From: Octopus vulgaris
Lineage: Eukaryota
Reading direction: 5' to 3'
Assembly: GCA_951406725.2 (NCBI GenBank)
Contig: OX597826.1
Span: 35,154,001 to 35,218,000, forward strand
DNA: 64,000 bases
The notes under the pieces were generated by a model. The model did no database searches. It saw nothing but the letters and a program-made list of their open reading frames with translations, and had not been told where the DNA came from. The stretch's first letter is position 1. Every line of letters starts with the position of its first letter. Positions 53,826-64,000 of this stretch are shown piece after piece. Position numbers and translations under genes: made by a program.

Positions 53826-53828
<3 letters not shown>
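53646..53828. mobile_element. Palindromic (fold-back) short repeat + conserved tail
   Basis: ttaaaagaagcagaaatatcacaaaaactgtta-tcagagattcacgtt pairs with aacgtgaaactctgagtaacagtttttgtgacatttctgctgcttttaa. A second family member lies at 59830-60025. Confidence 0.8.
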
Positions 53829-53880
<52 letters not shown>

Positions 53881-54174
53881 GTATGCATGCATATATATAT
53901 ATAAGTATACATATATGTAGGTGTGGGTGTATACACGTATATAAGTAGGTATGTTTATAGATTAGACGGAATATAGGCAGTTGTACTAGAGTATAATAAA
54001 ACAACTCGTATACATAGAGGTATGTTTAAATTTTGAGTAAGATATTTGAATATAAAAATAATGCTGAGGCGGTTGGAGATATTGGAAATTCTTCAAGTGA
54101 AATGCATGTAAATACAGAAACAGTGTTTTCATCCATTTCACTTTCATCAACGCTTCTACAGTATATGCATAGAT

Positions 54175-54482
54175 GTTGTGGCACTTAGTCTTTATACGAA
54201 GACGAGGGTTCCAGTTGATCCGATCAACGGAACAGTTTGCTTGTGAAATTAACATGCAAGTGGCTGAGCACTTCACAGGCACGTGTACCCTTAACATAGT
54301 TCTCGGGGAGATTCAGCGTGACACAGAGTGTGACAAGGCTGGCCCTTTCGAAATACAGGTACAACAGAAACAGGAAGAAAGTGTGAGAGACAACTGTGGT
54401 GAAAGAGTGCTGCAGGGTTCGCCACCACCCCCTGCAACCGCGAGTCCGCTGCACTAACCACTAGGCCATTGTGCCTCCACAT
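54175..54482 (-). mobile_element. SINE family D (tRNA-derived head, probably Arg-type; internally deleted)
   Basis: Minus strand gtggaggcacaatggcctagtggttagtgcagcggactcgcgg (A box, TCG anticodon-like position), followed by a SINE-like body. Confidence 0.7.
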
Positions 54483-54974
54483 GCATAGATATAGTTATAT
54501 AGAAACACCTACGTTTTCTCAATTGGTCACGGTGTGAATGCAATGACACTGAAACTGGCTTCTTTTACAGGTGATGCAAACGTCTATACAGTAATTGGAT
54601 CCTACAAATATTAACCAAATCTTTCACATTCCTAAAATACCATAATTTTTAGTGTTAAATATCAGCAGTTGAAAGTGATAAACCTTCAGAGTTAAACATG
54701 AATTAGCATAATAATATTATTAGCTAATAACAATAACAACGATATTGAGAATAGTGATAACGATATATATATATGAATGTATGTGTGACTGCGAGTATGT
54801 TATATAGTTATATATAAACATACAGACATAACACAAACATATGTATGTGTTATAAACGTACGTGCATGTAGATATAATGTATAACTTAGATAACTTTGGT
54901 AACTTCAATGCTTCGATCAAAAATTGGCCTCAACCATGTCTAACTTAATATCACCACCTGATAGGATTTGCTAA

Positions 54975-55412
54975 ATCCTTTTTAAGTCAAGCTTTGTGGT
55001 ACCATGCTCCACTCGAGTAGGGAGTTCTTATTGAGTGAGTTGTATCCAGGTATAAGTGGCTTATCTGGCATTCCTTGAGGAATTTTGACCAGGCTCTGTT
55101 TAAAGATAAGATCTTTTTCCTCTTTGATTTGCGTTGGGACAATATTAAATAGGGCCGGGCCTGTTGAGGGCAATAATTTATGTTGCAATGTATTTATGTG
55201 ATCCTGAACTGTGTAGGGGACGTATAGCACCTGATCTTAGCCTTGGATGAATTATAAGGTAATGTTAATGTTATTGGAGCAATAGTATGTGCAAACGATA
55301 TATCGATTACAGCGGCGCTGGAGGGAATATACATTCAATACTTTAAGGCGGTCCCAACAATCAAGATCAGTCATGTCCCTAATTCTTTTAGTGGATACCT
55401 CTGGGATGGGTG
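54975..55412 (-). mobile_element. CR1/L2-type LINE 3' remnant
   Basis: Minus strand LKVLNVYSLQRR and GPALFNIVPTQIKEE..FKQSL..MPDKPLIPGY. Confidence 0.7.
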
Positions 55413-55420
55413 ATTCAATA

Positions 55421-55486
<66 letters not shown>

Positions 55487-56305
55487 GAGGAGGGTTAGAA
55501 TTTCTAGGCAGATACCGAATTTCTCGATGCATATATTATCAATATGTATACACATACATACACACACATACACACACACACTCACACACACACACACAGT
55601 CATATATATACTGTGTGTGCGTTTACGTTCATCTAACCTAAATAGTCGTACCGCACAATATATCAAATATCTTAAAATTCTGAAACATTTTCAGAAGAGG
55701 CACATGCAAGTGTAAAAACAAAACCAATAAATAAAACAGAAAAAAATACAAAAAAAAAGAGGAAATTATAAGTATCCAGAAATCCATGTCAGTTCGATGG
55801 AGAAAGATGACTGTGTCATCAATACAACTGCAGTAATGAGAAACTGAAGCTATTTCTAACTTTAATATTAGCAGCAAGTTTTTCATATTTATTTATCACC
55901 AGAGAATTATATCTCGATTTGTTTTCCGTCTCGTACTTTTCTTTTAGAATCAATTTCAATTTCTTGTTATTTGGTCACGGGAATGAATGAAAAAAAAAAA
56001 AAAAAGAAAAAAACTGAATTCATCATTATTGGCTTGATAAGATATAACTATCTGTCTTCGTTATACCATTTCACCATAAATCATTATGTCTTGTGAATCA
56101 ATTTCGCTCTCCATTTCTTTGAGTGTACATATACACGCACGCACGCACGCACACACACATTCAGCTATGTGTTTTTATACATATGATACATATATATATA
56201 TATATATAAATGCACACACACATACATATATGTATATATTCATATGTATGCATACACACACGGGTATATGTATTTAAGATATATGCATTAATATATTCAT
56301 ATACA

Positions 56306-56344
<39 letters not shown>

Positions 56345-56418
56345 ATACACATATATACATATATATGTTATATACATATGTACATTACATGTATCTATAC
56401 ACAAATATATACATGCGC

Positions 56419-56530
<112 letters not shown>

Positions 56531-56810
56531 ATTTATATATGCATGCATGACTATGTACGTCAGTATGCATTTATATATGTGTGTGTATTTGTGCATGTAT
56601 CTCTCTATGTATGCATGCTGAGTGGAATTTCAAGTTTCGGTTAGCTGCTTCGTTCTACTCGTGACCAAATATTTCTTTCCTTATACTTTTGCGCTGCCTG
56701 CAATGCTGGTGGAATAATTCATATGGTGAAGTTTCAGTTTCATTTAACACTATCACTACAGATAATTTCACACTTCTTTATTCACTGAATTAGCACCATT
56801 CGTAAATTGG

Positions 56811-56893
<83 letters not shown>

Positions 56894-57516
56894 TGTGTGC
56901 GCGTGTGTATGCATGCGCGTGTATGTAAGTATGTATGATTGTACTTACGTACGTCTGTATACATGTATGTATGTAGTGTAGGACCAGTCGATTGATCGTG
57001 GTAAAATACGGTTAGTTTTTCCATAAACATGGCTGTTATAGAAAATATAAATAAACTCGATAATTGGTGAAGGAAATTTATTACTTTATGCTACAGCTGT
57101 TTCAAAAGTATCTGGTGCATATCGTCGTCCGCAATGGAGAATGCAGCAGCAAACCGGGCAAGCAGAGAGAATTAACAAAATGGGAGTAGAGAATGGAATC
57201 GGTATAAAACAAATAGCGTGTTTTATTTACCAATTCCGTGGTTGATAGGAGTGTGTTTTAATTTCGTTATTAGTATACACTAATAATTGCCATAGCTGCA
57301 GTAGATTATAACCTCGTTAACGTATGTATAGCGTCAATAATGAGCAGCCGAGACCTGAATTTTTATTGCTTAGGATAGATAAATAGAAGTAATGAAAGCT
57401 TATACGGGGGAAAGAGGAAACAGAAAAGATTGGGAGAGCGATAGAATAAGAGAAAAAAAGAACACTGGTTCACATACACAAATATAAAGAGATAATACGT
57501 GGAAACCCCGTATGTT

Positions 57517-58392
57517 AAATCAAATCAAATTGATTGGCAGGAGAAGAGCACCATGTGCTTAAGGGATGTAAAAAAAATCCAGTTATTTTATACACTTTTA
57601 TACATAGTTGCCACGGTTGTCCAGAGCCTCTTTGAACAGGCGAGTGGTGGGCAGTTGAATGACATTTTGTGGTAACTTGTTCCACGGGGCTGTGTTACGG
57701 ACGGAGAATGCGGCCTTCTGCCTGTTGGACCGAAAGTGTCGGGGATAGAGTTTACAATCATGTCCACGAAGACCCCTATCCGGCACAGGGGTGGAAAAAC
57801 TCCGCAAATTGTTCCAGGATGGGTCTAACTAAAGTGACGTATAAAGGCCGAAAGACGTCTATTGAAAGGTTGAGATTGACAAAGGATCAGCGGATGAGGA
57901 AAAGATTCCTTCTGGCTTTTTTCGCCGTCTCGATACACTGCCGTGTTGGTTTGAAAGTAGTATCGATGATTATGCCAAGATCCTTTTCTTCAGTGACTAT
58001 CATAAGATGCTGGTGTTTGAGACCAATAGTCAAGGGAGAATTTTGACGTGGACCTATTGGCAAATGGCTGCATTTTGAGGCGTTCAAGGGCAGATCCCAT
58101 TCTTCCGCCCAGTTCCAAGCTCGGTTCCGCGACGATTCGAGTATGTCGTATTGATTCCTAGGCGAGACGAGTTTGAGAATCTGGCAGGTCATTGATATAG
58201 AGAAAAGTATTGTCCCCAGCACCGACCCCTGGGGAACACGACTGCAGACATTCGCTTCCGTGGAGAGATCTCCATTTATCTGAACCCGAAAGGTTCGATG
58301 GCTCAGGGAGGAAGAAATTCACGAAGTCACCAATGGGTGAATCTTCTATGCTTGAAGTTTATGCAAGAGAAATCGGTGATTAACGGTCGAAT
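57517..58392 (-). mobile_element. CR1-type LINE remnant (RT fragment + C-terminus + (ATTTG)n tail), internally deleted
   Basis: INHRFLLHKL, FRVQING, VPQGSVLG, LNASKC, EEKDLGII, LRGHDCKL, FSVRNTAPWNKLP. Tail reads aaatcaaatcaaat on the plus strand. Confidence 0.85.
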
Positions 58393-58879
58393 TCTAGGAG
58401 ACGATGTGTGGATGTGGATTAGCCTAGTACATTTCCCAGACTTGTAGCTCTTGACAGCTGATCTATTACATAAGATACTTTCAAATTCCTCCGAGTGTCA
58501 ACTTATAGTTTTGTTTCTTATTCCCAAATGCCCAACAGCATTAGACAAATGTGCATGAGAGTTCTTTTTTGAGCATCTGATGAATGTTATGCACCTATAA
58601 CTATATATATATAACATTATTCCATGTTTTATTTTGTCTTTTTGTTCCACGATTTTTTCCCCTGCTATTATCATTAATTAGCCCCCAACATGCTTCTGCA
58701 TGTATGCCTGTTTTGTGTGTGGCTACATACATACCCGACAGGATAGCTTTATTTAAATACTCTACGAGACTATTTGTTTGTAAGGATTTATGACTGTAGG
58801 TAATTGTATTTATTTTATATTCATTGATGTTTTTGGTATATGCGTGTGTAACAGGTACGTAGATACATGTTTGTATTTT

Positions 58880-58952
58880 GTTCTACTCTAGCCTCGGACC
58901 GACCAAAGCCTTGTGAGTGGATTTGGTAGATGGAAACTGAATGAAAGCTGTC

Positions 58953-58955
<3 letters not shown>
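58880..58955 (+). mobile_element. SINE family A internal fragment
   Basis: tagcctcggaccgaccaaagccttgtgagtggatttggtaga. Confidence 0.8.
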
Positions 58956-58999
<44 letters not shown>

Positions 59000-59829
59000 C
59001 GTATGTGTATATATATATACACACACATATGCATATATACATATATATATATGCACATATATACAGACGGATATATATATACACACATATATATATATAT
59101 ATATACATATACAAATTCATATATATATGCACATATATGCAAGAGATATATATATATATATATATAGACAAATGTATATATACACATATATATATGTATA
59201 TAAATATATGTATGTATGTGTGTGCATCTTTATATGTTTACGTAAGCTTATATTCTGTGCCTGTGATTATATGTATATACAGATATGCTTCCCATGCCTA
59301 TGTCTACGTAGCTTCTCTTTATATTTGTGTGCGTGGACCAGTTTACTCATCCAATTATACATACACGTAACCTTCTACCGTCACCTTACTTTTTACTAAT
59401 TTTCCTTCTTTTTCCTTTTCTTTTACTTTTTCATTTACCTATTCTTTCTCTTCTCCCCCTACCCCCAAATGAGTTTTATTACTGACATTTATCTATCCTA
59501 AACAATAAACATCCCAGCTCTCGGGAAATACTATTGAATGAAACGAACGTAAAACAAAAACTTGCGGAGGTATACTCGTATAGCAAATGACATGATCTTA
59601 GATCGTGTGCTGAAACAAAAACAATTGCAGCGTGGGAGATATTTGTAAGCCATTCAAGAACAGACAAAAACCTATCTGCTCCCAAGACAATACTTCGTAC
59701 CACATGTACAGTGGAGTTAATCTCGTCTGAAAACTTGCTACTAAGTAAACTGCCCTAAAGTTAGTTAGGAGTAAAATGGTCGCTTTAACTGTGTGATTAA
59801 ATAAGTCCAACAAATATATATACATACAC

Positions 59830-60021
59830 TTTATTAAAAAGCAGCAAAAATATCACAGAAACTGTTACTCAGAGTTTGTCGACCATTCTAAACAAAACTG
59901 TCCGACAAACGGGAATGTGAAACTTTTTGTTATATTTTTGCTGCTTTTTAATAAAGTATATTTCTCTACCCTTGGTATTCACGTACTATTTTTCCACCTT
60001 GTTTTGCATCAGTGTTTTTAT

Positions 60022-60025
<4 letters not shown>
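59830..60025. mobile_element. Palindromic short repeat, second copy
   Basis: ttattaaaaagcagcaaaaatat...atatttttgctgctttttaataa plus the same tail as 53750-53828. Confidence 0.8.
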
Positions 60026-60062
<37 letters not shown>

Positions 60063-60234
60063 ATTTCCACATGAACAGTGGTTTAGACCGCCTCTACTGA
60101 AAACGAAACAACGCGGTGGAGGCTTAATATCGATCCAAAATACCTTTGAATGCCGCATCGTATCCCTTGGGCAACATCTTTTAACTACAAAGAGCATCCC
60201 TTGATTAAGTCTGCACATATGAGGCTGATAACGT

Positions 60235-61262
60235 CATAAGACTTGGAAGGTAGCTCCGTGAGCAACACTCTTTGTCTGATGATTTTGAATACATGCCCGA
60301 AATAAATCATACGACTCTACCGCAACGTATCATCAGATGAAAGGATGAGCTTATATGAGCAGAAGATTATGCATGGATATGTTAGAAGAAAGCTCTAAGA
60401 TCATAATAACATCGATCATCAAAGCAACGTTTCATGGACCAATAGCCGAATTACCCCTCCCCCTCAGTTTGAAGGGTATGCGTTTGCAGTCCAAGAACAG
60501 GAAATAACAACCAAATACCTGATGAACAAAAGTTATAGAGATGCAGGAAAATCAGCAAAATGTGATAACCTATGCAGACTATGTGGAGTTCATAATGAAG
60601 ATATCACCTTCTTCATAAGCAGTTGTCTGAAACTGTCATCACGATATTATCTACCGATGAGACATGATATTGCATCTAGGACACTCTATAATGAAATCCG
60701 TCAGAAGGATAACCCCGAAGACAAAGAAATAAGAACCCACCATATGGTAGAAGCCATAGCCACTCATAATAAAAAGAATACTGGTGAAAAAACTCAATAA
60801 AATGTAAACACAACATACCTGATATAATGATTTGAGATAGAGAAGAGTAACTTTGCACAGTTGAGGAAACTAGCTGCCCAGCAGATCTTAACAGAAAGCT
60901 GGAGATCAATGAAAAAGAGAACACCTATGCTGGACTATTGAGAAATCTACAGTTACTCTATCCAGATTAGAAGTCCAGGTTTATACCTTTGATTAATGGG
61001 GCCCTGTGATATGTAACACACTGCTTAAATACCAATCTTCAGAAATTAGGCTTCTCAAATCAGAAAGGAGAAACCTAATTCGAAGACTACAGATCCAATC
61101 CATCACTGGAACTGTAAAAATCTGTAAAATTTTCCAAATGTTTATTATCTAAATATATGAGCATGTTTAGATATGTAACTAAATGCATGAGAATACATAC
61201 ATAGAACATACAAGTCTTCACATACATACATACATACATACATACATACATACATACATACA
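60235..61262 (+). mobile_element. Decayed REL-endonuclease (R4-like) LINE of another subfamily with (TACA)n tail
   Basis: HGYV, FEGYAFAVQEQEITTKYL, CRLCGVHNEDITFFISSC, RHD, PDIMI, VEETSCPAD. Many stops. (TACA)n at ~61222-61262. Confidence 0.8.
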
Positions 61263-62849
61263 GATACCCTGTTTTTGATGCTAAAATTTCAATGAAGGAG
61301 CCTTGGATCTAGGCAAAAAATCTTGAAGTAAACTGAATAATGACACGCATACATATACACAATGTTAATCCATCGTTGTTGACAATGAACAAGACATTAC
61401 ATGGAAGAAGAAGATGGGTCATAGTGCGTCCGGCTGTGGCCGGCCAATGCTAGCTCGAAAGGTTCTGCCAGGTTGGCAGACAACTTTGTTCGAATACTTG
61501 GCACTCGACTACACAAAAGTTTGTTTTACAGTGAACTGGAAGGCAAGTGATTCAAAAATGCACTCAAATCCTCACTGAACTACCCTCAGATCAACCCTGA
61601 CACCTGGGAAATGCAAGCACTGGACCGCCCTGCCTTGCATAGCTGCACCAAGGGAGGTAGTACCCCATACAAACAGAACAGGACCGCAGGAGCATAATGA
61701 AAACAAATACATACATACATTCATATACACACACACATACGGAGCCACAAACACATGATGTTTTGTTGCGTAGTTTATATCAACGACGTTTAAATCACAA
61801 AGCATTCTCCGCCAATTTGAATTTAGAAATCTGTGCTATGTGCTATGTAAAGTGATTGAACTTCGATATACATAGTTACATATTGAGCTTAAATTTTGAA
61901 TCGAGTTTTTAGATTCTTCTATTTAATTTTAAACAAATTACACATGATATTTTGTCTGTTGCAGGACATTAAATACCACGCCACTTAAGTTATCCAAACC
62001 GGAACGGTAAGCTCTTCGCAATACAGTAAACAATTTTGCCAAGGGGACTTTATTTTCTCTTCGGCTTATCAAGGAACTCCACAGAAATGAACGCTAAATG
62101 AAATTATGATCCATGCAACTATTTTCAATAACACTGAAAAACATTCTACCAAATGAAGATAATTTTTTTCATCATATATTTTATCGTTCACGTCTTAATC
62201 AATTCCACTTGTTGCATAATCTTGTCATATCATTTTATTAACATATTTTATAAAATTTCTAGATCCAATTCCTAGATCCAAATTAAAATATCTGTTTATA
62301 TCTAAATTAAAACCAAGAAAAATGAATCCGTATAATTAAGGATTCTATAATCGAAAACAAAACTGAATTATAAAAGAAATGAATAATATCACGAATGAAA
62401 ATTTAATATAATGATTATTAATGTATGTACAATATCTCAAATGAATTTATAATGAGAACTGACAGAAAGTTAGATAATCATAAAAATATAACTGAAGCTC
62501 GGATTAAATTTGAAGTTAGAGAAAATATCAACTGACTTCATATTACTACCTGGCAGCGTTTTTTCCTAATGTATTTCTTCATTAATATGATGATGATGAT
62601 CATCATCTTCCTCCTCGTCTTTATCTTCATCGTGGTCATGATGATGATAACCAGTAGCAGTAACAACAGCATCGTCATCATCATTACCACAAACACTACT
62701 ACCAATAGCATCAAACTAACTCCATCATCATCAACATCATCCTCTTAAACAGCTTGTTCAATACACATTCCTTGATTTCTATTCCTTATCACATACGTAT
62801 ACATACGTACATGTACATACACTGCATATTTGTATATATATATATATAA

Positions 62850-62993
62850 ATAGGTGCCGAAATGGTTGTGTGGTAAGAAGCTTGCTTCCCAACCACATGG
62901 TTCCGGGTTCAGTCCCACTGCGTAGTACCTTAGGCAGGTGTCTTCTACTATAGCCTCGGGCCGATTAAAGCCTTGTGACTGGATTTGGTAGAC

Positions 62994-63043
<50 letters not shown>

Positions 63044-63075
63044 TTATTTGTGATTTTCCCCTCCACCGTCGCTTT
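62850..63075 (+). mobile_element. SINE family A, head half
   Basis: ggttgtgtggtaagaagcttgcttcccaaccacatggttccgggttcagtccc. Confidence 0.85.
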
Positions 63076-63870
63076 TACAGTCCTCATTAGCGGCGATATT
63101 CAGATTATGTAAAGAGCTATTATTCTTCGTTTCAGAAAGGTTTTGTTTGGATATAATAATTTTGATTCGATGAGGGAATGATATTAGAGTCAGAACAATG
63201 GCCATCATCATACAGACTCACACATACACAGAGTAAAATAATGCGCTTGTTAACTCTTAATAAATATTCAAACACTAATAAATAAACAATACTAGCAGAT
63301 TTTCCTATTTAATAATATAACAACTGGACTTACAAAATAACAGAATATTTTTTTATGGATGTTGGGAGTACACTAGCAGCATTTTATGGCCTTTCCATAT
63401 TAAGTGGGTTCTAGTGAAGGGATGGTAAAACGTCTATCAGAGTAAATATATGCCTTATATAAAGAGACCTAAGCCCTTGTTTATACATCAGTGTCTACAC
63501 CAAATTTTTTTCTATACTGTATTATATTCTAAATCATTTATATCGCTTTATTAATCTGTTTCCGCTCTTATAACTTACAGCGTCTCAATATGTACATGCA
63601 TAATCTGAACAAGCTGCGATTATTATACTTACAAATCATATTTCTTCCTTATCAGATGTTTTTCATTATCTCCTGCAGCACTGCAATATATTGCATAAGC
63701 AATAATATAGAATGCAAACAACACTATAAAAAATTATTCACAGTCCAAATAAGCGAATATCTCTGCGAGGTCGCTCGATAACAACCGAATTCCCTGTTTG
63801 TGGTGTATATATATATATATATGTATATATATATACATATACAAACACATATATATATATATATATATCG

Positions 63871-64000
63871 CTGTGAAGGCGCGCGTCTTAGTGGTTGGGG
63901 TATACGGCTCATGGTCTTCAGGTTATGAGTTCGATTCTCAGTAGCGCCTTCTCTATCTGAGCAAGACACTTTATTTCACGTTGCTCCGGTCGTCTCAGCT
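63871..64000 (+). mobile_element. SINE family C head (runs off the window end)
   Basis: A-box-like cttagtggtt, B box gagttcgattc, CORE-like tgagcaagacacttt. Confidence 0.75.

Overview
AT-rich, microsatellite-saturated eukaryotic non-coding DNA (intron or intergenic). The repeat set (tRNA-headed CORE-like and Meta-domain-like SINEs, R4/Dong, CR1 and RTE LINE remnants, Penelope-like hammerhead repeats) points to an octopus or other coleoid cephalopod. That assignment is an inference from memory of these families, not a database result. No host protein-coding gene is supported, and almost all ORF-track entries are (TA)n/(CA)n/trinucleotide artefacts or repeat-derived. Real coding signal is limited to three things: an uninterrupted 201-codon minus-strand ORF running off the left edge (absent from the ORF track); several R4/Dong-type restriction-like-endonuclease LINE fragments, two of them sitting in (AAT)n tracts; and CR1/RTE remnants. 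Four structures stand out. (1) A ~1.9 kb composite element (15149-17039) with ~155 bp terminal inverted repeats, each carrying a minimal hammerhead-ribozyme motif; inside are a back-to-back pair of tRNA-like heads and ~32 copies of a hairpin-forming 23-mer. (2) A dispersed population of Penelope-type hammerhead cores, including a near-intact one at 40425-40470. (3) Two cases where a copy of nearby local DNA is fused to the 5' truncation point of a LINE 3' end (28558-29104 and 48062-48510). (4) SINE dimers and trimers punctuated by repeated copies of their own target site. Repeat boundaries were read by eye and are approximate to roughly 10-20 bp.
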